From: Planctomycetota bacterium
GTDB taxonomy: Bacteria; Planctomycetota; GCA-002687715; DRQF01
Assembly (NCBI GenBank): GCA_011369445.1
Contig: DRQF01000189.1
Coordinates: 17,626 to 81,625 of the forward strand
Direction: 5' to 3'
Length of the DNA stretch: 64,000 bases
Positions 18,109 to 27,371 of the stretch are shown here, in pieces. The notes beneath the pieces are model-generated. The model saw only the letters and a program-made list of their open reading frames with translations, did not search any database and was not told where the DNA came from. The stretch's first letter is position 1; each line of letters begins with the position of its first letter. The position numbers and the translations under genes are program-made.

Positions 18109-19341
18109 TCAAAAAACGTTGAGACTCCAATTCATCGTCGAGAGGAAGAACCCCCCATACCCGATGATGAGCTGGTTCGCGACGGGTCGGAGCATGTTCT
18201 CGAAATCGATGAAGTTCTGATAGACGATGCCCGGCGTAGCCATGTGGAAACTGAATCCGGGAACGTTGCCATAGGTCGACACGCCGTGGACGAGGTGAAT
18301 CGGAATGTTGTTGGCGCAGGTATCGGTCGCCGCGGCAACGCCGACGTAGACGGCGACCGCGCGATTGTCGGGGAAGGTGCCGGGCTGTGCTTGGTAGGTC
18401 CCCAGAGGGAATGCGTAGAGGCCGGAGGGAATCGTGCCCGGCCAAGCCAAGTTCACGAAGTTTCCTCCAAGACCCGTGGCACATCCATAGAAGAAACTCA
18501 GATCCAGCTGCTCCCATCGAGGATTTGCGGACGCAAAGGAGGCACAGGGGCAATCCGGTTGTCGGAATGCCAATTGACCACCGAGGATAGAGACCTCGTT
18601 GAACACGTCCCAGATAAGCAGATTCAGATTCGCAAAGACCGACCGAGTGTCCTCACCGGCGACGTTTCCGGTGGGAGTCGGCTGGGTCGCCGCGAAGTCG
18701 AAGGGGGCCGGCCCAACGATGCTGTACACGCGGTCTGGATGGTTGAACGTCGTGGTCGGATAGGCGCTGAAGGGTCCGTGTGCGAGATCCCCGCAGAAGT
18801 GGGTCAGGTTGATGGCCACGTTCCAGTCCGTGGGGACCGTACAGTCTCTCGCGTAGTCGACACTACCGACCATGTGCACCGGGAAACCGGCCGCTCCGCA
18901 AGGGGGAACGGGACACGGACTCGGCCCCGTACTCAGGTAGATGAGATCCGTGTTGACGAGAAAGCGCCAGATCTGGTTGCTGCTCACACCGGTGGGATCG
19001 GGTTCGACCCACGTCCGCGCATACTTCCCAATCAGGTAGGTGAACGCCGTCGTCACGGATCCCCCGAGCGTGGTCGGAATCGCATAGACGTCATCGAAGA
19101 TCTGAATGGGTGCGCCGAGATTCACCGTCACCGGATAGAGGGCATCGATGGAGCAATCCAGGAAACATGCGCCGTCCGAAGGGACCGTGAAGGCGGGAAA
19201 CGGTGGCAGATTCGTGTTGGTGACCGGGGCGCAGCAAACCGCCGGATCGAAGAACCCATCGTCGCCGTAACACGTGAACTGGCCCAGGGCTGCACTCTCC
19301 AGGAGAACGAGGAGCATCAACGATTTGACGAAAGACTTCAT
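18109..19341 (-). CDS. Secreted cysteine-rich protein of unknown function
   Basis: Signal peptide MKSFVKSLMLLVLLESAALGQ. About 13 Cys, including VCC, SPCPVPPC and PDCPC. Ends ...STMNWSLNVF. No motif recognised. The antisense 381-aa ORF is Arg/Gly-rich and judged spurious. Confidence 0.75.
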   Translation of the reverse strand: MKSFVKSLMLLVLLESAALGQFTCYGDDGFFDPAVCCAPVTNTNLPPFPAFTVPSDGACFLDCSIDALYPVTVNLGAPIQIFDDVYAIPTTLGGSVTTAFTYLIGKYARTWVEPDPTGVSSNQIWRFLVNTDLIYLSTGPSPCPVPPCGAAGFPVHMVGSVDYARDCTVPTDWNVAINLTHFCGDLAHGPFSAYPTTTFNHPDRVYSIVGPAPFDFAATQPTPTGNVAGEDTRSVFANLNLLIWDVFNEVSILGGQLAFRQPDCPCASFASANPRWEQLDLSFFYGCATGLGGNFVNLAWPGTIPSGLYAFPLGTYQAQPGTFPDNRAVAVYVGVAAATDTCANNIPIHLVHGVSTYGNVPGFSFHMATPGIVYQNFIDFENMLRPVANQLIIGYGGFFLSTMNWSLNVF

Positions 19342-19395
19342 GGCTTGGACTCCCGCAGATTGACGAACGCGTCTCCCCCATCCGGGTAGACCGCG

Positions 19396-22266
19396 TCATC
19401 GTTGCGCGGGGGCTGCCAGGTTTTTTCCTGCCGCGAGGCGTCGGAATCTCACGGCGAGACGGGTCCGGCGAACATCCAACTCCAAAGGCAAGTTGGTTTC
19501 GGATTCCGGCTCGCAGATCCCGCCCAGCAGCTCGTCATCGAGAACCCTTCTGGACAGACGCATCAACCCAGCGCCATCGAGCGTCTGTTCCGCCAGGCGG
19601 AGACAGGACTCGAGGTCCGTGAGCGCCTGAGCCCAATCACGGGACTGGATGCTCTTCGAGGCGGATCTCATCGCCAAGACCCAGGAGGGAGCCTGAACCT
19701 TCATTCTCAGGGCGAGCTTCGTCTTCGCGATGAAGTCCGCCGTGGGATGGGGCCATGAAGATCTCAGCGCCCCCAGCCGATGGGCGACCTCGAAGTCCTC
19801 GAGGGCTTCTTGGAGCCGGAACTGTTCGTGGTGAATCAAACCCAAGTTCAGATAGGACTCGGCAGAGCGCGGGTCCCGGGCGATCACCGCTCGCGCATCA
19901 CGCTCGGCACTCGTAAGGGCTCCCCACATTCGAAGAGCACCGGAGCGATTCACGAGAGCAGCCGTGTTGCCCGGCTTCAACTCGAGAGCCCGATCCGCCG
20001 CAGCGATCGCCTCGCGCAATCTGCCCAATGCGACGACGACCGTGGAGAATTCCAACCAGGAACGATAGTTCCCGGGTTGGACGTCCGTCCAACGCTTGAA
20101 TGTGGACGCCGCGGGAGCGAGTTTTCCGACCTTCCTTTGGAGTCCCCCAAGGCGCTCGAGAATCCTCGGATGCCGAGGCGCTATCTTTGCCGCCTTCTCA
20201 TAGATGTCGAGGGCTTCCTTCCATCGGCCTTCGGCCCTGAGTCGCTCGCCCCGAATCCGCAGCCACTCCAACCCTCCAGCGCCGCGGGCCTCCGCCTCCT
20301 TCTCGGCCCGTCGCGCCTCGTCTCGGTGACCCAAGACGGTGAGGACGTTCGTCAGGCTCATCCACGGCGCCGCGGCATCCGGCGAGCCGGAGACGATCTC
20401 TCGCAGCCGCCGCACGGCTTCGTCCGGCCGTCCGGCGTAGAAGTGGGCCATTGCGATTCCGTGATCCGTCTCGAGATCGTCGGCTCCCAATTCTCGAGCT
20501 CTCTCGAACATGCGAAGGGCTTCCTCGGGCACCTTGCGGAGAACAGTGAAACCTGCGGCCTTCCAGGCTTGAGGTTCTTCGGGAAACCTCTGAGTGAGCC
20601 CCCGCGCCGCGGCGAGCGCTCTCTCTGCGCTCCCTCGCGCGCCGACTGCGCTTGCAAGAGCGAAGTGGAAGAGGGGACGGGGCACGACCGAGCGAATGAT
20701 GGCATCGGCAAACCGCTCCTCGGCCAGCTTCCAGGCCGCGGGGTCCCCGTGACGGGCCGATTCCAGGGCCTTTTGCCCCTCGAGAAACGCTCGAAACGCC
20801 GGGTCCATCGACTCATCCTTGGCCGGGTGGGCCCCCGGTCCGATCCACGAGATCATCCTGAGACCGGCCCGTGCTTCATCGGCCGCATCGCCGTCGCCGA
20901 GTAGCTTCTGGAACAGGCGGCGGGCATCTGAGGACTCATCTCGCAGAACGGCCATCCACGCCCGATCAAGCGCACGCCGCACCTCAGTCCTCCGCACCTC
21001 TCGGCGTCCCGCCTGCAAATCGTCCCAGCTCGCCCAGAGGAATCCGCCTAAGGCGGCAAGGGCAAGGACTGAAACGACGGCGACCGCAACGAGGGCCGCA
21101 ACTCCGGGGCGGCGGCGACCGGCCCGAAAAAGTCGCGACAACGGCCCCGCCCGGCGAGCGCGAACGGGCCGTCCCTCGAGGAGGGCATCGAGATCGTCCG
21201 CCAACAGTGCGGCCGAGGCATAACGCCTCGAGACCTCCTTGGTGAGAGCTCTCTCCACGACGGCTTCGACATCTCTCGGATATCGACGGCTCTCCTTGGC
21301 AAGTGGCGGGGGATCGTGCAGCCGGATCGACTCCATCAGCGCAAGTTGGGTGGCCTCCTCGAACGGCCTTCGACCGGACAAAGCCTCGTAGAGCATCACC
21401 CCGACCCCCCAGACGTCGGAACGACCGTCGACGGCACTCCCACCCTCGACCTGCTCCGGGGCCATGTACGCCGGAGTCCCCACGGGCGCCGACGTCCGCG
21501 TGAGAGCCTCCCCGGTTCCCTCCAGATCGCGGGCGATGCCGAAGTCGACGAGTACAGGCTCCCCACTTCTCCGAACAATCACGTTCTGGGGCTTCACGTC
21601 GCGATGGACAATCCCCGCGGCGTGAGCAGCGTCCAGCGCCCCGGCCAACGCGCGGAAGAACTTGAGCCACTCGGGGAGTTCATCCAGACGACAGGCCAAC
21701 GCGTGCAGTCCGTCGTCGTCGGACAACTTGGTGTCGCGTCGACTCCGAAACACTTGGTCGAGAGGCCAACCGTCAACCATCTCCATGGCTATGAACGCGT
21801 AGCGCCCCCCGCGGACCTCGAATTCACCGGCTTCATAGATCGCCGCGATGTTGGGGTGACGCAACTTCGCCAAGCATCTCGCCTCACGTCGAAATCGCCT
21901 CTGGCGGAGCGGCGGTGCACCGGTGATGGGAATCGTCTTGAGGGCCACTTCCCGGAGCGGCTCCAACTGTTGGGCCGAATAGACGGTTCCCATGCCGCCC
22001 TCACCCAACAGATCGAGGATACGGTAGCCCGCGACGATCTCGGGCGGTCTGAGCGCAGGCTGAAGAATCCGCGCCGCGGGCCAAGGGCGCTCGAGAAAGG
22101 ACGAACCGGCCTCGGCCTCCAGCAGAGCGGCCAAGAGGTGGCCTCGGAGTTCCGAATCGTCACCGCACGACTCCATGACGAACTGCTCGCGATCGGCGCC
22201 CTCCAATTCGAGAGCACGCTCGAAGAGGTGACACAGCCGACGATATCGCGCCGGGTCCCGATTCAT
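19396..22266 (-). CDS. Ser/Thr protein kinase with TM helix and extracytoplasmic TPR repeats
   Basis: The ATG at 22266 overlaps the sigma-factor stop (ATGA). Kinase motifs GEGGMGTVY, VALK, HRDVKPQN, DFGIA, GTPAYMAPE. TM VAALVAVAVVSVLALAALGGFLWA. TPR-like repeats fill the C-terminal half. Confidence 0.9.
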   Translation of the reverse strand: MNRDPARYRRLCHLFERALELEGADREQFVMESCGDDSELRGHLLAALLEAEAGSSFLERPWPAARILQPALRPPEIVAGYRILDLLGEGGMGTVYSAQQLEPLREVALKTIPITGAPPLRQRRFRREARCLAKLRHPNIAAIYEAGEFEVRGGRYAFIAMEMVDGWPLDQVFRSRRDTKLSDDDGLHALACRLDELPEWLKFFRALAGALDAAHAAGIVHRDVKPQNVIVRRSGEPVLVDFGIARDLEGTGEALTRTSAPVGTPAYMAPEQVEGGSAVDGRSDVWGVGVMLYEALSGRRPFEEATQLALMESIRLHDPPPLAKESRRYPRDVEAVVERALTKEVSRRYASAALLADDLDALLEGRPVRARRAGPLSRLFRAGRRRPGVAALVAVAVVSVLALAALGGFLWASWDDLQAGRREVRRTEVRRALDRAWMAVLRDESSDARRLFQKLLGDGDAADEARAGLRMISWIGPGAHPAKDESMDPAFRAFLEGQKALESARHGDPAAWKLAEERFADAIIRSVVPRPLFHFALASAVGARGSAERALAAARGLTQRFPEEPQAWKAAGFTVLRKVPEEALRMFERARELGADDLETDHGIAMAHFYAGRPDEAVRRLREIVSGSPDAAAPWMSLTNVLTVLGHRDEARRAEKEAEARGAGGLEWLRIRGERLRAEGRWKEALDIYEKAAKIAPRHPRILERLGGLQRKVGKLAPAASTFKRWTDVQPGNYRSWLEFSTVVVALGRLREAIAAADRALELKPGNTAALVNRSGALRMWGALTSAERDARAVIARDPRSAESYLNLGLIHHEQFRLQEALEDFEVAHRLGALRSSWPHPTADFIAKTKLALRMKVQAPSWVLAMRSASKSIQSRDWAQALTDLESCLRLAEQTLDGAGLMRLSRRVLDDELLGGICEPESETNLPLELDVRRTRLAVRFRRLAAGKNLAAPAQR

Positions 22267-22793
22267 GGTTGCCCCATCGCGCGTCGCAGGAATGCCTTCG
22301 CAAGCGCCCACTCCCGGTGAACGGTGCGCTCGCCGATCTCCAGGACATCCGCGGTCTCCGCGCACGAGAGACCGGCGAAGAATCGCAGCTCCACGATGCG
22401 TCCCTGCCTGGGAGCCAGCTCCTCGAGATCGCGCAGCGCTTCCTCCAGGGCGAGCAGATCGATCGGGTCGGTGGGCGTCTCGCCGGAGACCTCGGCCACG
22501 ATCAGGGTCAAGCCCTGCCGCTTCGCCCGCCCGCCCCCGCGCTTCAAGCGGCGCGCGGCCCGTTCATGGTCCACGAGAATGCGTCGCATCGCCTGCGCTG
22601 CGAGAGCGAGAAAATGCTCCCGATCGCGAATGCCACCGATCCGTTGCAACCGGAACCAGGTGTCGTCGATGAGGGCCGTCGTCTGGAGCGTATGACCCGG
22701 TCTCTCCCGCCTCAGGTATCCTTCCGCCAAGCGGCGAAGTTCGTGTTCGATTTCGGACATTGCGTCGTTCGGGAATGGATCGGACGATGCCAT
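22263..22793 (-). CDS. ECF-type RNA polymerase sigma factor (Ser/Thr-kinase-associated class)
   Basis: LRRLAEGYLRRERPGHTLQTTALIDDTWFRL (Sigma70_ECF-type region 2) and LSCAETADVLEIGERTVHREW (region 4 HTH). The exact start is uncertain because the SD is too close to the ATG at 22793. Confidence 0.85.
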   Translation of the reverse strand: MASSDPFPNDAMSEIEHELRRLAEGYLRRERPGHTLQTTALIDDTWFRLQRIGGIRDREHFLALAAQAMRRILVDHERAARRLKRGGGRAKRQGLTLIVAEVSGETPTDPIDLLALEEALRDLEELAPRQGRIVELRFFAGLSCAETADVLEIGERTVHREWALAKAFLRRAMGQP

Positions 22794-22990
22794 GCCCCTC
22801 AGAATTCCACACTCACGCCCGTAAAGTCAAGCGTATTCCTCGTTGGGACGATTCGTCACGTCACCAGGATAAGGGAACTCTCGCGGAGACACCGCGACAC
22901 GAAGAATCAAGGGCCACGAGATGTCCCGCGACGCCAAACGTCCACGCCCCCATCCCTCGTGTCGCCTGTCCAGGTGAGGGGGAGTCTCCG

Positions 22991-23608
22991 TCATGACCTG
23001 GGGGCGGAAAGCTCCCGGAGTTGACGGTCGTGGAACCGCGCAAGGAGGAGAAGGGACGAGATGGCGCCCACGAGGGCCAGCGCCATGTCGGACTGGGTGT
23101 CCCAGACATAGCCCTGGGTTCCCAGGAACGCCTCGGCGTCGGTTCCGCTGAGGACGGCCACCAACCACTCGACAAGTTCGTAGAGAGCGCTGATCGCCAA
23201 GCAGAGAGCGACGATGAGCACATTGCGCCATGCCCGCACTGGAACCACATCGAAACGAATAAAGACTTCCCGAGCGATGAGCGCGGGCACGAAACCCTGA
23301 GCGAAGTGGCCCAGCTTGTCGAAGTTGTTGCGACTCCACCCCATCCATGCCGAGAGGCGATCGAAAAGCGGCACCTCAGCGTAGGTGTAATGTCCGCCCA
23401 CCATGAGAATGATCGCGTGCAATAGGACCAGCGTGTAAGCCAAAGTGGTGAGGGGAAAGCGTCGATAGGTCAGGGCGAGGATGGGGGCGGCAAGCAGGGC
23501 CGGCGCCACTTCCAACCACCACGTGAAACGATCTCGGGGAGCACTCCCCGACCAGACCAAAACGCAGAGGAACACGAGAGCGAAGATCGCAAGAAGCCGC
23601 GCTCTCAC
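22991..23608 (-). CDS. DUF2238 (YjdF-like) inner membrane protein
   Basis: Multi-TM protein with HAIILMVGGHYTYAEVPLF and RNNFDKLGHFAQGFVPALIARE, the pattern I associate with YjdF/DUF2238. The GTG start overlaps the upstream stop (GTGA). Confidence 0.7.
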   Translation of the reverse strand: MRARLLAIFALVFLCVLVWSGSAPRDRFTWWLEVAPALLAAPILALTYRRFPLTTLAYTLVLLHAIILMVGGHYTYAEVPLFDRLSAWMGWSRNNFDKLGHFAQGFVPALIAREVFIRFDVVPVRAWRNVLIVALCLAISALYELVEWLVAVLSGTDAEAFLGTQGYVWDTQSDMALALVGAISSLLLLARFHDRQLRELSAPRS

Positions 23609-24393
23609 GTCTTGACGGCCCGGGTCGCCAGGAAAGTCGCGGCAAAGTCGTCTATGGGGTGCTTCGCACCCCGATCCTCGAAGAAGCCCGTGATCTGGAA
23701 CCCGACCTCCAGCTGCCCCGCGATCTGATCCTCGAGGGTGTGTCCAAATTCCAAAGGCTCTCCTCGCTCGAGTCGCTCCGCTCGTTCCTCATCGGTCCGA
23801 GCGAGCAGATCGGAGTAGGGCAACGGATGTCGAATCACCAGGTTCTGACCGGGAGCGATGTCCTCGTCGATGAGGAACAAGAGCGGGTTGGCGAACCCCG
23901 CAAGAAGAGTTCCGCCTCTCCGCAGGACCCGATGACACTCCGCCCACACAAGCCGACAATCCTCGACGAAGAGATTCGCGACGGGGTGGAACACGAGGTC
24001 GAAACTCTCGTCGGCGATATCGGAGAGGTCATCCATCGGACACGCAATGAGTTCGATGTCCAACCCGTCACGCGCGGCTACGAACGCATCTTGGGCGAGC
24101 TGAGCGGGGGTCACGTCAACGACCGTGACCTGCGCACCCGCCGCAGCAAGAATCGGTCCCTGCTGACCGCCACCGCTTGCCAAAGCGAGCACCCGCTTGC
24201 CCTCGAGTTCGCCGAACCACTCCCTGGGAACGGGACGAAGCGGAGTCAAGAGGACGGACCACTGCCCTCGCCGGGCCGCGGCGACCTCTTCAGCCGACAC
24301 GGGAAGCGTCCACACGTCTTTCTCCCGGACACGCTGTGTCCAGGCCCTTCGATTGTGCTCCTCGACGGAAAGCGGACCATCCCCTCGATTCAT
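23605..24393 (-). CDS. Class I SAM-dependent methyltransferase
   Basis: Motif I VLALASGGGQQGPILAAAGAQVTVVD. ATGA overlap with the upstream stop at 24390..24393. Confidence 0.8.
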   Translation of the reverse strand: MNRGDGPLSVEEHNRRAWTQRVREKDVWTLPVSAEEVAAARRGQWSVLLTPLRPVPREWFGELEGKRVLALASGGGQQGPILAAAGAQVTVVDVTPAQLAQDAFVAARDGLDIELIACPMDDLSDIADESFDLVFHPVANLFVEDCRLVWAECHRVLRRGGTLLAGFANPLLFLIDEDIAPGQNLVIRHPLPYSDLLARTDEERAERLERGEPLEFGHTLEDQIAGQLEVGFQITGFFEDRGAKHPIDDFAATFLATRAVKT

Positions 24394-25208
24394 GGATTCT
24401 TGGTCGTCAAGTGGGCTTCGAGGAAAGCCAGGGTCTTCCTCCAGGCGTCGCGGGCGGGCTTCTCACGAAACCGCACCTGAGAGGGATTGGCAAAGGCGTG
24501 GTCCGCCTCGTAGGAAGCGACCACGAGTTTCTTGCCCGCTGTTTTCATCGCTTTCTCGAACTTCCCCACCATCTCGGGGTTGATCCACCCGTCACGCTTC
24601 GCGAAGACTCCCAAGACGGGGGCGCGGAGAGTGGAGAGATCCTTGGGATCGGTGACCAGTTGCCCGTAGTAGACGACGCATGCCGCGACGTCCTTGCCAT
24701 GTCGAATGGCCGTCTGAAGCGACCAGCCTCCGCCGAAACACCAACCAATCGTTCCCAGCTTCGATTTCGGGTTTTCGTGGCGTGCCAAATTCACCGTGGC
24801 CGCGAGCTTCTCGAGAATGATGTCTTGGTGTTCCATCGCGGCGCCCATGAGCTTCCGAGCTTCCTCGGGTTTTTCGGCGTACTTCCCGCCGTAGAGGTCC
24901 ACCGCGAAGGACCGATAACCCAAACGCGCAAACTGGTCGGCGAGCCCCTTGATGTGAGGGTTGAGCCCCCACCATTCGTGAACGAGGAGGATCTGCTTTT
25001 TGGAAGCGGGATCGCCGGAGGCATAGACCTTGAAGGTCTGACCCGCCACCGTCTTCGCCTCGAGCATCTTGCCCGAAAACTTCGTGGGGATCTTCGTATT
25101 GAACCGGTGATCCTTCGTGTCCGGGAGAGTCTTCGGCACCTGGGCGCCGATTGCCGCGGCCAGGACGAAAAGGACGAGGGTGATGCGACGAGGCGTACTG
25201 GATTTCAT
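24390..25208 (-). CDS. Dienelactone hydrolase family protein, secreted
   Basis: Signal peptide MKSSTPRRITLVLFVLAAAIGAQ. Nucleophile motif IGWCFGGGWS. DLYGG near the N-terminus. Confidence 0.8.
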   Translation of the reverse strand: MKSSTPRRITLVLFVLAAAIGAQVPKTLPDTKDHRFNTKIPTKFSGKMLEAKTVAGQTFKVYASGDPASKKQILLVHEWWGLNPHIKGLADQFARLGYRSFAVDLYGGKYAEKPEEARKLMGAAMEHQDIILEKLAATVNLARHENPKSKLGTIGWCFGGGWSLQTAIRHGKDVAACVVYYGQLVTDPKDLSTLRAPVLGVFAKRDGWINPEMVGKFEKAMKTAGKKLVVASYEADHAFANPSQVRFREKPARDAWRKTLAFLEAHLTTKNP

Positions 25209-25289
25209 CTACGGGCTCCTTCGTTCCGGATGGGAGCCAGAATAACCGACCAGCGACGCCCGTGCATCACCCCATCGATACCGTGCCCC

Positions 25290-26360
25290 TCAGGGCGTGT
25301 AATCGAAGCTCTCACCCCAGAACAGAACAACGCGAGCCGGGTCGATGGCCCACGGAGTCTGATCGAGGGGCAGGAAGACCCCATAGGGGTGTGCGAATTC
25401 CAAGTCGTGGGTGTGGAATCGCAGGTTCGGAGAGAACGTTTGAAGGACATTGGCTGCGGTTCCCGACACGCCGAGGTTCAGGAAGATCTCGGGATTCCAT
25501 CCCTGTGAGACCATCTGCGAGAGCCAGGAAAACACAGTCGGATCGTTGTCGTCTCCCAGATGAAGAATCCCGACGCCTCCGGCGTCGATGAGGAAACCGT
25601 TGTTCTGCACCCAAGGAGCCGTCCAATCGACGGTTGCCGTGGGTCCACTGCCCATGAGCCCCGAGAACTGGTGGCCTTCGTGAGGCGTGAAAGAGATGTC
25701 GCCCACGGAGTACGTCATTCCCTCGGCGGGAGCGATTAGGGACGCGGCGTTCGGCGTTCCAGCGAGCAGGGCGGACGTTTGCATCTCATGGGTCACAAAC
25801 ACGGGTTTGCCCATCATCAGCATGGCGTCGGCCAGGTCTCCGGCGTAGTGGTCCAGGTGCTTGTGCGTGATGATGTAGCCATCGATCAGATTGGCGAGCG
25901 CCGTCATCTGGGCGTTCGTGAAGCCGTTGTTCCCCGTGACGAAGAAGAACCCGACGGAAAAGTCGATGGCCAACTTCGTCGTGTGGGTCACGATGATCCA
26001 ACCGGACGAATAAGTCTTGTAGAGACGAATCGACCCCACGGGAGGAGGAGGATCGGTCTGAAGCTTCTGAATCACGACGTTGAGTCGGATCTCATGGAGA
26101 GAAGCGATGAACTCCGCCGTGATGGGATTGGCGAAAGGATGCAGCGTCGGGTCCGCCGGAACGTCCACGGCGTCGTCGATGGCGTCGAAGACTGCTTTTC
26201 GAATATTCCAATCCCCACCGGTCGAGGTGGGGCCGAACAGGTCGACCGCCACACTGAACCAGTTCGCCACGTCGACCGCCGTCGGTGCTGACTGGGCGCT
26301 GGCCTGGATGCTCGTCAATAAGACGATGATGCAAGAGCCCGTAAGCCATGATTTCCGCAT
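25290..26360 (-). CDS. MBL-fold metallo-hydrolase, secreted
   Basis: The ATG at 26360 gives signal peptide MRKSWLTGSCIIVLLTSIQASAQ. Metal motif ITHKHLDHYAGD (HxHxDH). Confidence 0.75.
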   Translation of the reverse strand: MRKSWLTGSCIIVLLTSIQASAQSAPTAVDVANWFSVAVDLFGPTSTGGDWNIRKAVFDAIDDAVDVPADPTLHPFANPITAEFIASLHEIRLNVVIQKLQTDPPPPVGSIRLYKTYSSGWIIVTHTTKLAIDFSVGFFFVTGNNGFTNAQMTALANLIDGYIITHKHLDHYAGDLADAMLMMGKPVFVTHEMQTSALLAGTPNAASLIAPAEGMTYSVGDISFTPHEGHQFSGLMGSGPTATVDWTAPWVQNNGFLIDAGGVGILHLGDDNDPTVFSWLSQMVSQGWNPEIFLNLGVSGTAANVLQTFSPNLRFHTHDLEFAHPYGVFLPLDQTPWAIDPARVVLFWGESFDYTP

Positions 26361-26745
26361 GCAGTTTCCCCCCGGTTCCGCGGCGCGGTTTATGAAAGGC
26401 GCAAAGGTTGATGGCGCGTTCAAGCGATGACGGTGGCGGAGAAGCGGATGCTTCTCAAGGTGGGCAAATCCCCCCGACGATCCGTCCCTCGGACGTGTGC
26501 TCCGATAGAGCAGTGCAACAAAAAACAAGAACCTCATCGACCATCGGCACGAGTCGAGTTGGGGAGACTAGAGCAACGCGGATCGCTTGTCAAGAGAGTC
26601 GAATCTCCATCCCGCGAAGAACGAAGACGTGGCTCAACGCAGCTCGCCTAAGCCGCGCATCGACAGACCCATACGGCGAGATCGCCACGAGAGAAAAACT
26701 CAACATCCGCCTCCCGCCACAGCTGTCGCCCCTCCCCTCGACCCC

Positions 26746-26773
26746 GGCCCGCGGGGGGATTTCCCCGCGGGCC
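26746..26773 (-). terminator. GC-rich hairpin 14 nt downstream of the CDS ending at 26787
   Basis: 11-bp stem GGCCCGCGGGG / CCCCGCGGGCC with a 6-nt loop. No adjacent U-tract on the minus strand, so it is terminator-like only. Confidence 0.4.
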
Positions 26774-26786
26774 CGAATCTCATCGC

Positions 26787-27338
26787 TCAAGCTCGTTCCC
26801 AGCGAAACGACTCAAAAGCAGCATCGAGAGGCGTGTGCACCATGTGATTCGAGTAATTCGATATGGTCTTGTGGGCGATGCCGATGACGACTTCGAAGAC
26901 ATTCTGACGCGTGTAGCCGGCATCGAGGAAGTCTTGAATGTCACGCTCCGAGGCGTTGCCGCGCTCCTCGACGAGCTGGAGCGTGAACTGTCTCAGCGCC
27001 TCCAGCCGGGAATCGCTCAGCCTCTCCCCACGGCGGAGTTCCTGGATCGTGGTCTCTGAAACCTTCTCCGCGGTCGCCACGCCCGTGTGGGCAGCCATGC
27101 AGTAGTCGCATTCGTGTCGATGACTGACGGCGAGCCAGACAACCGCCCGCTCGGCCGGTGTGAGACTCGACCTGCCAAAGAGGTCCCCCAACACGAGGTA
27201 GGCTTCCGCAGCCACGGGCGCTTCGACCATGACGCCGAGGAGGTTCGGGATCATCCCGTATTTCTTCCGCGCCGTCTCCAGAACTTTGTCTCCGCCCTTC
27301 GGCGCGCTCTCAGGGGTGTGGACTCGGAATCCATTCAT
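26787..27338 (-). CDS. Carboxymuconolactone decarboxylase / AhpD-like family protein
   Basis: CxxC-type motif HECDYCMAAH. AAGGAGAG SD upstream of the ATG at 27338. Confidence 0.8.
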   Translation of the reverse strand: MNGFRVHTPESAPKGGDKVLETARKKYGMIPNLLGVMVEAPVAAEAYLVLGDLFGRSSLTPAERAVVWLAVSHRHECDYCMAAHTGVATAEKVSETTIQELRRGERLSDSRLEALRQFTLQLVEERGNASERDIQDFLDAGYTRQNVFEVVIGIAHKTISNYSNHMVHTPLDAAFESFRWERA

Positions 27339-27371
27339 GTTTCTCTCCTTTTGCTTCCGTATGGATTGGAT

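Noticed and set aside
22811-22839. Candidate ECF-type promoter upstream of the sigma gene (minus strand GGAAT-N17-CGTG).
   Set aside because: The motif is short and degenerate, with only about 13 nt left for a 5' UTR. It is too weak to list as a feature and is mentioned only as a test in the sigma-kinase finding.
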